Positions 26,522 to 38,970 of a stretch of 64,000 nucleotides of DNA are shown in pieces. The number at the start of each line of letters is the position of its first letter. Positions within the stretch are counted from its first letter, which is position 1. A program made the translations under genes and the position numbers. Location of the stretch: assembly GCA_964035545.1 (NCBI GenBank), contig OZ037767.1, positions 4,294,707 through 4,358,706 of the forward strand, given 5' to 3'. The notes beneath the pieces were generated by a model, which searched no databases, had not been told where the DNA came from, and saw only the letters and a list, made by a program, of their open reading frames with translations. This DNA is from Bugula neritina (taxonomy: Eukaryota; Animalia; Bryozoa).

Positions 26522-29500
26522 CACGCGAGGTGAAAAGTTTTCTGGTGATTCTATTTTTGAATTGATTAATTAGAATATAAGATATGATAGTTACATTAAC
26601 ATGTAGGTGTTGTTGCGTGTTGGCCAACTTAGGTTACATGTCATGAAACACTATAATATATCATCATCTCTAATTATTAATACACTTATGGGAGGAGGAT
26701 TACATTCCCTAAGTTTTTCTGAGCTCCTGCATTTACCAGTGGAATCTAACATTTTTTAAGTAAATGCTGATTGGTCACTTTCCAACAAGTCAGGTGTTGG
26801 CCTTATATACTTCCCCAATTTTAAATGTTTATGTAACCAGCTTTAATACTTACTGTTTACATAGCCCCTATACATAATATGCAGTCATCATGACTTGCAG
26901 TAAACTCATTTCATCGGAAATGTCCGACAATTGGGAAAATATCTTAACTATTGTTTCATCATTAATCGTTATAGCAATAAATTTTTCGTTAGTGATTAGA
27001 GCTTATTTGTCAACACATTAATTATGTAGAGATGAAATGGTATAAACCATGATGTTAATGCAATAGAGTATTATTATGCTACTTATTCACAAAACATTTT
27101 GAACAACATTTTTTAGTATTTGTGCCAAAGTAATAGCCTTGACTATGTTGACAGTATGGTAAGAGTTGTAGTTCTGATATAGCTCCTTTAAAAACCCTTG
27201 TCATCAGGCGCTCTCACAGGAAATGGTACCTGTAAAGTTACATAAGATATAAATAAATATTTTATATCAGTTTTTAATGTAAACTTGTATGAAAGATAAG
27301 TTGTTTTCTTAAATAAGTAATTATGTTAGACATCTCTGTTATTAAAGACAAGAAAAAAGCGATCTGTAGAAAATTATGCAACGACATTGGTTGAAGGCTG
27401 CGACCGCACGTTTTTCGTCCTTTGGCAAGAGATAGATTCCGGTTCCGTGTCAAGGATTGTGAAACCAAACCAGTCATGTTCATCTGTGCACATATTGAGA
27501 AGATCCCTGTACCAGCATATACACCTTTCAAATCATAGATATGATAATTTAGTTTGTGAACAGCTAAAGGTATTCAGGAACTGCTATTGAGCACTTGCAT
27601 AAGATATGTAAATCTAGTAACCACAAATCATCAATTTAGCATGACCTGCATACCTCATACATAACTCTCTACTTTAATAAATTCATAGATTTTTTGTGTA
27701 AATATATAATTTTTACGACAAACACCTACTGGAAAGAAAATGAGTTATTCTCACTGCATGGTTTAAGTTTATATTATGTTATTCAGGCAAAGCATGTAGC
27801 TGAAATAGATGAATGTGTACAACTGTTTTGCAATGTGACAGCCCGGTTGTATAACCTTGAGTGCACACACACTCAGTCGCCAACACTCGCGCGCACGTAA
27901 ATCACATAAAAACGAATAACAGAGAGTTTTGGCAAGTGACAGTGGCTGTATAGTACTATGCATTGTGGGTAAAACTCAACATTGCCTGTTAAATTATCAA
28001 ACTTTGATGCTTTTAGACTTGCTTATTTGTCAAAACTGCTGTAAAGTCTTGTAAAATAAAGCAAACAGCCAAAGTAAAAGCCACTGTTGTATTTTTTTAT
28101 ATCTCTTTACTTATACATATGAATATGCTAGCTGGGAGGGATAAAAGGCATAATTATTGAACCAAAGTGGAAATTAATTGCAGCTGATTTTGCTTTACTA
28201 TGAACATCAGTAAGGGCAGTTTTCCTCAAGCAATATGGATACAAATAAGCTGGTAATTTCTTCATTTGCATGTTGATAAACTATAAACAGTTTCAAAGTA
28301 TAAAGAGTAAAAAATTTTGTCTCTATGCGCGATTTGATGGAGCAGCTGTCTGTCTAACATGTGTTACATCTTCCCATTTGAACTCAACAATGATGACATA
28401 ATCAATGAAGGTTAAACATGAGGTAGCTAATTGTTTTTTTTTCGTTATATGGTCATTGACTTAACAAACAATATGCAAATGTGCCAACAGACAGTCAATT
28501 TGTTGTGGGAAATAAAAAGCGCAGGTGACATTGGTGTGCTTCTGTGAATAGAGAATTGTGGTGTTGAAACCAGACAGACGGATTGAGACAATTCTGGTAA
28601 AAGTTTGACCATTTAATAGTAAAAAGACTTTGTGGACAAACTTTACAGATGATTTTTGCAGTGGCTTTTTGGCAGCTTTCCAAAAATCATTGTGTAACGA
28701 AAGCTATTTGTGAAAGCTTTCGCAATAGCTATTTACTGACAGTTTTTGGTCGATGAGTCAGTGTAGCTCAGTTTTCCTCCTGCTAAAGATGCAGGCAATC
28801 TATACTTAATTGTCAAAATAATTGTAAGTATCAAGTATTATATTATCTTTTGTTTTGAACTTCATTAACTAAATGTTTTGTCAGCTATGTAATTAATGTT
28901 AAGTTAACAATATGTTTGTAATTTTCATGGTTATAGGTTACAGTAAAGTACAAGTACAGTATGAGTACAAGTATGAGTATGAGTGTGAGTTCAAGTGTAA
29001 GTCTATCTTAGAAAATATACTGTTGGCAATAGACAAAAAATAGAGTTGTGGCCTGCATCTGTGTCCTTCATCCATTCACCCTTCATTAAGTGAATCACAA
29101 TACAAACAGCACCCATGCTGACGAAGCAACAATTATCAGCTGATACAGTAACCATTATCGGCTGTCACAATGATTACAACGAATTTTGTGAAAAAATTTG
29201 AAAGTTCTAGACCATTTAGTCGGGGTACGTCAGTTTTGAAGAATCTTTCGCTTACTCAGAAATATTTGAAATTACTGAACTATCTTGTATAAAATGTTGC
29301 AAGTTTTCCAAAAACTTCTGATGACATAATCGGCATGTTTTTCATGGAAAAGTCAAAAGGCCTCAATTGTGTCACAATTTGTTCCTACAAACCATGAAGC
29401 CATTATACTATTTTGGTTTATACAGAACGTACAACTGACTGACAAATAGCAAATTTTCTAATGCAACTAAATGTATATAATATGAATGGATAAGCAGTAA

Positions 29501-30577
29501 TCAAACATGCCGGACATGATATTATATGCCTGCATAAACTAAACCTTGCAGTAGCCACGGAGTATACATTCTACCAGGAAGTGTGTAGGAGTTACAGCAA
29601 TATGAGTTTCTTAGGTTACACAACGTGAGGAGGTATAATTGGTCAGCTGAGCTGCATGGAACAAGTCACTGTTGAAGCTTATTCACGTGGCTGAGTGTCC
29701 TTGGATCAACCTTGCACAGGATAGGAAAGCTATTTCTGTAAACCAAATCCAAGTGTTATTGGATTAGAAGTAATTCAATAAATATTTACTCAATTGATGG
29801 TCACTAAAGCCGAACTTACAGCTGAAGTGTTTTTTCCGTTTTCTAAATAGTGAGTATATGTAGTTTCATAGGATAAACCCAATGTTATTAGACATCTAAT
29901 TATTCTGTAGACTAATCACTAGTGACTGGTCACCAGTATATATTAAAGAGATGGTGATGACAGATGGCAAATCTTGCTGACAGTTTTACTTTTCTGACCA
30001 GACAAAGTTTATAATAATCACTCATAAAGTTGATGTTTTCAACTCCCAGTATAGCAGATTTATGTGATAATTATCACCCATATCCAGTGCAAGATTGAGT
30101 TCAACATAGGATTAACGGCTACCAATAAATTATTATCACGTGTTTGTCATGTTTATTTTGTTTACAATCTCTACAGCCTAGCATTTTAGGTGAAAATGAT
30201 ATCACCTTAGATTCACAATCAATTAGAATATTAAGTTCATTTATTGTTATATTCTCATATGAATAGTTCCAATAAAACTGCACCATGGCTTTAAAATTTC
30301 TGATTTTGAAAAACGTTTGCAGCTCACCGACTTTGAAGTTTAGACTAAAGCCAATTTGTAAACAATGTGATTTATCAACCCTCTCAGTTTTCTTTGCAAA
30401 ACTGTTGAAGTTGTCTCCTCACATATTTATTTAATAAACTTTTAAAAAAATGCAACAGTGTCCTAGAAGTGCATCTCGCACAATGTGAGTTGCTATTACA
30501 AAACATTGTGCTAGAGATGTTATTTTATGTTTCAATTTTTGTTCAGTCAACAGCAATAGTCTTTGCAATGACTAGAG

Positions 30578-30738
30578 AAGGTAGCCTAAGAACACGGGAG
30601 CACTACCTGGCAGCACAGAGGATAGCCTAAGAACTAGAAGTTTTACCTGGCAACACAGAGGATAGCCTAAGAACTGAAGCGCTACCGGGTAACTCAGAAA
30701 ATAGCCTAAGAACAAGGAAGCTTACGCTGGAACAGGGA
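30578..30738 (+). repeat. About 40-bp minisatellite, 4 units
   Basis: TAGCCTAAGAAC core at 30582, 30623, 30663 and 30702. Confidence 0.85.
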
Positions 30739-30808
30739 AGTAGTTTAAAAGCAAGGAGCATGAGATAAGAATGAAGAAGGTTATGACCTTCAGTGTATTG
30801 TTATCATT

Positions 30809-32364
30809 CACGGGCTTTCCATCACCGGCTTTCCATGTACCGATCTCAGCGAGATCGATCCATGGAAAGATGTCAAAGATCGATCTCAGTCGTTCTGAGC
30901 TGGTCGGTCTGTAGAGCTCGAACTCAGATCGATCTCAGTGAGATCGATCCATGGAAAGACTCCAGATCGATCTGAGAAGTAGAAAAAGACTGTTCGCTAA
31001 AATGTTGTCCGCTGATAAAAATGATAACTTATTGATAATTACCAAGCAAATTACTTAATAATTACGATAGCCACATTTTCAGATGCCAAAACTTTGACTT
31101 TCAGTACTATGATTAAAAAAACTCAATTATATAAAAGTATAGTCGGTAGAAATTACAAAAAATTGGAGCATTTAAATTGAATTTAAATGACTAGTAAAAC
31201 TTACTTTCATTAGTTATTTGCTGCGTAATTTCAAGCCTAACAATCCTGTAAGTTTATGAATAATCTGCAAGATAGCTATTAATTTTATTTAAGCTGTTAA
31301 GCTAAAAAATTAAAAGTTATTATCTTAAATTGGCTATATTACTTTACACTAAAAGCTTTGTTGTGTATTGTTTACAAGCACCATTAATTTTTAGACATCA
31401 ACAATCTTGTTTTTTAACCTCAGCAGCTTTAATCATCCAGATTTGTGAACAAATTATATTATTAAAGTACTCTTCACTTAAGAGGAGGCAACTCCGTGAG
31501 ATCGATCTGACACTTCTCATGGAAAAACGATCGATCTGAGAGATATGTTCAGATTGATCTCAGCGAGATCGATCTGAGATCGGTACATGGAAAGCCGGTG
31601 CATGTACCGATCTCAGATCGATCTTGCTGAGATCGATCTGAGACATGTGCTCAGATCGATCATTTTTCCATGAGAGTGTCAGATCGATCTCTCGAAGTTG
31701 CCTCCTCTTAAGTGAAGGATACTTTAAAAATATAATTTGTTTCCCTATTTGAGTGATTAAAGCTACTGCTGTTGAAAACAAGATGGTCATAGTCTAAAGT
31801 TTAATCCCAGCTATAAACTATACGCAGCAAAGCTTTCAGTGTATAGTAATTTGGCCAATTTAAAATAATTAATTTTAATTTTTTAGCTTGACAGCTTATA
31901 TAAAATTAATGGCTGTTTAGCAGATTATTAATAAACTTACAAGATTGTTAGGCTTAAAATTACAAAGAAAATAGCTAATGAATTAAGTTTTATTAGTCAT
32001 TTAAAATCAATTTAAATTCTCCCATTTTTTTACCTTCTACTGCATATAATTGAGTTTTCCTAATTATTGTACTGGAAGTCAAAGTTTTGGCATCTGAAAA
32101 AGTGGCTATCATAATTATTTATTACTTTGCTTAGTAATTATCAATAAGTTATCATTTTTATTAGCAGACAACATTGTAGCGCGCAGTCTTTTTCTACTTC
32201 TCAGATCGATCTGGCGTCTTTCCATGGTCTTATTGACATGAGATCGATCTGAGTTCGAGCTCCACAGACCGACCAGCTCAGATCGACTGAGATCGATCTT
32301 TGGCGTCTTTCCATGGATCGATCTCGCTAAGATCGATCTGAGATCGGTACATGGAAAGCCGGTG
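30809..32364. mobile_element. Non-autonomous DNA transposon (MITE), outer copy, interrupted in its left TIR
   Basis: Left TIR is CACGGGCTTTCCAT (30809-30822) resuming as GTACCGATCTC at 31604. Right TIR is GAGATCGGTACATGGAAAGCCGGTG ending at 32364. 3-bp TSD ATT on both sides; many subterminal AGATCGATCT palindromes. Confidence 0.85.
30823..31600. mobile_element. MITE of the same family, inner nested copy in opposite orientation
   Basis: TIRs CACCGGCTTTCCATGTACCGATCTC and GAGATCGGTACATGGAAAGCCGGTG. 3-bp TSD CAT at 30820-30822 and 31601-31603. Confidence 0.88.
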
Positions 32365-32905
32365 ATTAAGCATCCTCCAAGTGCTTTGATGGTAGAATCT
32401 TATGGCCTGCAAATTAAAAATCTAATGGCATCGCCATTACATCCAGCTAGATCAGATTAGCTGACAACATTACACTATATATATATAACTAAATCAACAA
32501 GCACCTGCACTGGTATTGTACAGATTTCTTTTACAATACCAGAAAGAAAATCCCCTTCAGTCGTCTTTGCATATCTTTTACTCCTATTTAGTAGCTCTCC
32601 GGTATAACTTGAATTAGTCACAGGGTCAGGTTAGTATTGGCTTCTATAAACTACGATGGTTTTTATCAGGAGCGAATAACTTCCAGTTGTAAAGGTTGAC
32701 TTTATTGATAATGCAAGAGACTCGCAGGTCTTTAGGACTTGAAGCTAGCCAAGCTCTGTTTTGAATACAGAAACATGTAAATGTGCAACAATCTAGTCAT
32801 TTGAAACTAGTTTATGCAGGTATCATGTGGTTTTATATACACGTTTGGCTCATTGAGATGTAGAGTGATATGATCTATAACATTGGAGTTATGAATACAG
32901 CAGCA

Positions 32906-33132
32906 GGGAGCAGCCGTGGTCTAGGGGTTAGAGCGTTCGCTCAGTGAACATGGGGCCATGGGGTCATGGGTTCGAGCCTGGACAAAGGTTATTGGTGATG
33001 CCAGGAAGAGCATCCAGTCATAATTGCGCCTGTGCCTTATCTAAATAAGTCCTTAGCCCGCTTTAACAAAAACCCGTTCTATCAAGGGTTTCTCTCATGG
33101 ATGGTGACTATAAACTTGCATGCGTGAGTTTT
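32906..33132 (+). mobile_element. tRNA-derived SINE, full length
   Basis: Same family, with A box TGGTCTAGGGG and B box GGTTCGAGCC. 18-bp TSD ATTG(G/A)AGTTATGAATACA at 32882-32899 and 33133-33150. Confidence 0.88.
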
Positions 33133-34792
33133 ATTGAAGTTATGAATACATTGTTCTGAATGCTAAATTATTTTCCAACTATCATATTAAATCATTTTTC
33201 GAAAACAAATATTTAATGTCAACATGCATTATTTCCTCAAGCAGAAAACTTTGTGCAAATCAAGAAGAGATAACTCCAAAAGAATTCATGTTGATGCTTA
33301 TTTATACCTTGCGGCCTAGCAACAACTCAGAGTGTTATCATGAAACTGCCAAAATTACTTCTCTGTGTTTAGATAAATTTTTAGTAAAAAGTTGAGGCCT
33401 AAACATTATAATGAGTAATAATTAACAACTATATTTATTCAATAATAAATATCATTAGTTACTTCAAACCTTTACGAGACATTTGGAGAAAAATAAACAA
33501 ATTAAGCAGCTATTATATACCGTTCATCTTCCTTTTCAGCTATATTTGGCATGTAAACTAAATGAACTCAACTAAAGCAGTAATTGTACTCTATAGTTAT
33601 CTAAAGTATAAATTGCTCTCACTCCTTGTACTATACCTATGTAGTGACAGGCTTCCTGTAGAACATGGCGGGAAGAAATGAATCTATTCATGCTGCTTGG
33701 AAAAGCGACCATACTATTGGTGGGTATCATGTAAAAAAAAGCTGAGTAGAAGTACTTGCAGAAGTTAAGCATCACCCAAAGCAATCTTCTTGACTCTACA
33801 GATTATACCATTTTCACTATCACATACTTGATATTGTTGAATATTTATTCCAAGGTTTAAAGTTGCTATTTTCAAATATTTAAAATGAAAAGATGCTCAA
33901 CGTGACTTTTTATTCAACTAATAATTGATAGCAAATGCTAATGTAAACTTCATTTAAAGATGTTCAGCTTCAAAGCAAGCCTCAGAATCTACTACAGTGT
34001 CTGCGGTCTGGAGGCAGTAATAATTATATAGGTTTAGTAGAATACTGGAGGATTTGCTCTCAATCTTTCTACTTCGAAAACTTAGAGCTTTCTAGCCACA
34101 ATTCAAAACGTAATCTTTTTAAATTGCCTTGCTGTGATACATTATTTACTTCTAACTAAGATCTAAACTAAATTCACATACTGTCATTTGCATGCTGCCA
34201 CTTGATCAGGGTACACAATTAAACAGTGAACATATTTCAAAGCATTTAACTTTTTGAAATACATGTAATTGTTGCTTTCTAGTGTAATAGCCATTGGGCA
34301 TATATTTGGGTTTTAGAAGCAAGTTTGCTAACAAAAGAAATGAATATTATTGTTTAGTGCTGACATATTACTATAGCTTATAATATTAATACTACGATAC
34401 AATAAATATTTAAAAATTTATTACAAACTTTTTCAAACAAAACAATCTCAATATGCAATATTAAATTGATAATTTGTTAAAACTAACAAAATAACATGCA
34501 AGTCAATGATATAGTTAAATAACGAAAACATAATAAATAGTGTATTACAGTTTAATTTAAGGTTGATCACAGATAGGCTTTGTTCACCAGCATTTAGAAA
34601 TACTCAGACTGCTGAAAGAATTTGGCCTCATTTGTTGAGTAGACAGATGCACCGGGTGTATTGGAAAACACGTCACGAGAAAGTTAAAGGGCATCTTGAC
34701 GAGGGTAGTGTGCACTCTCTTCTATCTAGAAGTGATATAAATATAAATAATCCTATTTCTTGCTTTTGAGCCAAAATTACTTTCAAACACTT

Positions 34793-35153
34793 CTATAGAA
34801 AGCGCTTAGCATGGTGAGTTTGTATCTGTTCTGGATATCATACATACAACTATTAGCTATAATATTGAGAAATTAATCTAAAACTCTTTCAAGGGATAAG
34901 CAACTTTCGTCTAAAAATCTATTAGGAATACTAGAAAAGAGATATTTTACTTGCTTACCAAGTGCATTGGAAGAAGATGTTCTAAGCATAATACAGTATT
35001 CCCATAAACTAAGATTCCAGAACTATTATTATTTGTTGAAGTGTTTTTGGCGAGAAATTTAGGACTGGAGCAAAGTTCTTCCCCTGCTGTTGTCTCTTCC
35101 TCAGTCCATTCAGACATTTGATAGAACTCGCTATTAGCGTAGAGTCTTCCCAT
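34793..35153 (-). CDS. Microprotein paralog 4, 2 exons, about 75 aa
   Basis: Exon 1 35153-34959 encodes MGRLYANSEFYQMSEWTEEE...LPMHL, then TTG|GTAAGC. Preferred exon 2 is 34825-34793 (IQTHHAKRFL*, 133-nt intron), matching the length and pattern of paralog 2 exon 2 (VQTNSYKALC*). Other AG acceptors exist nearby. Confidence 0.8.
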
Positions 35154-35245
35154 TATTAAGTGTTAGGATAAGTTAGTTTGATGATAGGTTATGATGTTTA
35201 GCTAAGAGTCAGTCTGCATCTGAGCTTCTAACTGCTTCACACGTC

Positions 35246-35253
35246 CTTATATA
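35246..35253 (-). promoter_or_regulatory. TATA box of paralog 4
   Basis: TATATAAG on the minus strand, 100 nt upstream of ATG 35153. CCAAT motifs lie at about 35305-35330. Confidence 0.65.
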
Positions 35254-38200
35254 TCATTGAGCAGAAAGAAAGGCTGTAGTTACTTCATGACAGACTGAAA
35301 TTGTCCAATCATTTAGTTGGCTCAGCCAATGCCGTCACAACTGCCCTCTTCTCTATTGTTTACCGCCCATGTACGAGCGCGCAGGTACCTTCGTAAAAGT
35401 GTTTGATTAAAAAGTGATAAATGCAAATCCTACGCCTCCACCCAACTAAGCCGCTTGTCTTATTGGATAGAATATTAAAAGTATATTCGACCACTTTCCA
35501 ATTACAAACAAGTAACTTCTTTCCATTTATCTGTCAAGCTGTCACAGATGAATAAGTGATATAATTTGTTGGCTGTTGCTTGTTTTTACTGCTTGGTTGC
35601 CTGCAATGGTGAAAGGTAAAACATGTGCTTATATAACTAATAACACATTTAAGAATACAGTTCTGCAGAGAAGAATTTTATTTCAAAATTGTAAGTTCAT
35701 AATTGAACCAACAGGTCTATTGCTTGTTTTATCATTAGATATAGTTTATATATTATAATTTTTATTTAAAAGCTAGTGACTATATTTTAAAGGCCCGCAA
35801 ACCCTTATAGGAGATAGAATAGCAATTATATCTGCTAATATAAAAGCTAAACAAACACATCTCTATAGCAACTAGAATTGTGAGCTATAGTAAAGTAGGC
35901 CAATGTTTTGTATCAGTTCTGTACTCAAGATGTAACTCTAATTAATTTTCTTTAAAAAAAGCTGCTTGCTAACTAAAAATTAAACTGATAAACTATGTTT
36001 TATCAGAAAAAAAACACTTTTCTGTTAAATCACAAGATATTTAATGCATATTGACATATATCCATGACCACCTATGTATATACCAAAACACTGACAAAAG
36101 GAGAAAATTTAAGAGTGCATTTGTGTTATATTTTTTGCCTAAGAGGTGTTGATTTGATTAGTTTCTTAGCAGTAACTCAGACAGCAGAAGTGGTCTGAGC
36201 ACTTTCTGTACCAGAAGCTTCACAGACGGCTATTTTAAGTTAACCAGTTAAAATAACACTCATCTGTAAATCAATCAGCTAATAAAGAGAACTTTCATGG
36301 ACGTTGGTGTTGCAAGAGTAACAGCTAACGAAAAAAGAGGGAACTACTAATACTTTTACAGATATAATAAAAATTATTTTAAATACAGTGCTTTTCAAAG
36401 GAGTAAATATATCAAAAACTCTTAATATGTTCTACAAGTCTATTATTAAGCAGTGGATACAAATATTTAAATAAATTCATCAAAGATTGCTTATCTTATT
36501 AAATTTAAAACGTACTTTCTGTAGTGATAATACAGAAAAAACTATATACAAGTTCACATTCCTAAGACATTCACAAATCTGGCTATTTTAGAAGGCTTCT
36601 AATACCCAACACGTGTTTGTAATATTGCTCTAAACAACATGGTCAACTGTACTTCAAACCAAGGTCCTGACCCCAATATAAGAAATATAGCAACACCATG
36701 AATTTTTTATAGCTAAGAGAATGAAGATCAAACCGCTTTTAGCGTAATGAATTGTAAAATGATTTGTACCAAGCAGAATATATATAGCATGAAGTCATTA
36801 AAAATCAACAAGCGCTTCCTCCGGTAGTTTCTTTCTTGGCACAACTAGAAATAAAAATAAAATCGAGATGGAAAAACACTCCTACAGTTTTTAACATGGA
36901 CATATCCGCTAATTTGTTATGATTTATAATAAAAACAGTTTTAAAATTAAGACACTTCCTAGGTTTAGGTAGTGTTGATTAAAAACTCATTATTCAAAGC
37001 CTCCACACACCTGGGTGGGCAGGTTGATCAGCTCATGTAGGTGTCAACTCATGACCATTATACCTCATGAGGTCTGCTATCAGTATATTTAGTATGCTAG
37101 TAACACGTGTTTTTACTAGCCACATGTTCAAATATATCTCTTGCCAAGTGTTTACTTCAAATTATAAACATAGTTAGTCATTCATTCCTATGCAATCAAT
37201 CACACGCTTTCAATGAAAAAGTGATATATTATAATCATGTTCTGGCTTAGGAGTTTACAATAATATTGCTTCCATGTCGTGGCTCGAATGAAAATACACT
37301 GATTCAGGTTATATTTATTTTACCAGCTGGTAATGTGCTTCTAAAAATAATTTGGAATTGCTCAATAATGACACGACAGTTTCTGTCATAGCATCACCAG
37401 TTACAAAATGGCGACTGGGATTGAAATTTATGACGAGGGTAGGTAATACCACTGGAGCCAACTGCCAGTGCTTCCTCCTGCATGGCCAAAAACAATGCCG
37501 TTGGCAATCACTCAACATACCAACATGTACATGTTTGCTTAGTTAATGCAGCTGATTCAGCCACACGTGTGAACAGAACTGTCCGTTGTCCACGCTCACT
37601 TTGATTGCACAATTCAGACTAGTATCGACTGGTTTTACTTCTGCATGCTTTGGCTATTACACACAGCCAGTTTGTGTAAAGGCTTGAGAAAAGATAGAAA
37701 CTCTCTACTGTTTTAATCAAGGTTGCTGCACAGTTATGTCATAAGCAAAGTCAATTCACGGACTGAATAGGATTGATGAATAACTTCCTGTATAATAATT
37801 ATATGTTTATTGTATAATTTCTAACGAAAAAAGTGTAGATTTTTTTTAAAACTGATTCAGATATTTAATAATAAACTGATTTTATTCTGTAATCAATTGC
37901 TTAAATTAAAATTATTCCCATCATGTCTTTTTTCGTCATAGATATTTATTAATAAAATTCTATAAAAACTTTTAAACTTCTATTTTCGCATTCTATTACT
38001 TAATTCTACTTTGATAGTTGACATTACTTATTTTAATATAATACTGCATCATCACAGCCTCTACATATTTAGTAATATGAAGCACACGCACAAGCTAAAT
38101 TTGGGGCAAACATAAGGTGTTCATTTATTGAAGTAAAAAGTAGTTATGAGCATTATGTGTGGGCAATTGACTCTTAATCTCAAGTACCTTAATTTAATTT

Positions 38201-38571
38201 TGGGCCCACAGTGGACTTGATAAGAAATCTAGTTGCATACACACTGCTGGTCTAAAAGCCTGACATTGATTTTACTAGAATACACTGCTTCCTGATTATG
38301 CAATCAATTAACCAAAGGAGGGAATGCTGTTTGCTCTGCACTGAACGGAAGGAATCTATATATAGCCCAGTGTCCTTGTGCTGTTACTTCACAATTAAAT
38401 TACAGCTTTCCATCCGGCACTCCCTTCAACATAACCAAAATTTCATTAGTCTTTTGCTAAATTTACCAATAATTTTTAGCATATGAGACCTGCACACATT
38501 TTCCATGCCAACGGCTTAATTATACAAACTGTTCTATTAATCATCTTTCAAGCGACACAGTCAGTTACTGG

Positions 38572-38579
38572 TATATAAG
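38572..38579 (+). promoter_or_regulatory. TATA box of paralog 5
   Basis: TATATAAG, 107 nt upstream of ATG 38679. Confidence 0.65.
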
Positions 38580-38678
38580 TTAGGGAAGTCCTCCTCGTCA
38601 CGAACACTGTAAAGCCAACCATTGCAAGAGTCAGAGCAAATTAAACTAAGAATAAGAGAATTTATTTTTTCAGTGATT

Positions 38679-38970
38679 ATGGGTCGCCTCTTTGCCAACC
38701 CGGAATTTTATGAAATCTCAGCTATAACTGAGGAAGAAACAGTCTTGAAATCTTGTTTGGAAAACTTCAGCCAGTTGAATCAACACGGAAATTATTTAAA
38801 TAACTTCTCAATGGTAAGTCTGTCTTCATTCATTAGCAACAGATTTGCATACTGAAATCAACCTTTCTTCTTTTATAGAAGAAATTATAAAATGCTGAAA
38901 GACATACGTTACTTAGTAAATTTATCCAGCTATTTGCTTTTAGGTATTTCCTAATGAAAGTAACACAGTG
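38679..38970 (+). CDS. Microprotein paralog 5, 2 exons, about 48-53 aa
   Basis: Exon 1 38679-38813 encodes MGRLFANPEFYEISAITEEETVLKSCLENFSQLNQHGNYLNNFSM, then ATG|GTAAGT. Exon 2 is either 38944-38970 (VFPNEVTQ*, 130-nt intron) or 38879-38890 (KKL*). TATATAAG at 38572. Confidence 0.8.

Noticed and set aside
30793-31790. ORFs 30793-30975, 31330-31539 and 31560-31790 sharing EIDL/KRRQLREIDL motifs
   Set aside because: They are translations of the two inverted MITE copies, not genes.
32906-32985. tRNA genes at SINE heads
   Set aside because: A and B boxes are present, but I see no intact cloverleaf. They continue into a shared SINE body with TSDs.
2834-38970. Antizyme-like frameshift ORF1 or Bearded-family identity for the microproteins
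   Set aside because: No TCC-TGA shift site or antizyme ORF2, and no NxANE motif or basic amphipathic helix.
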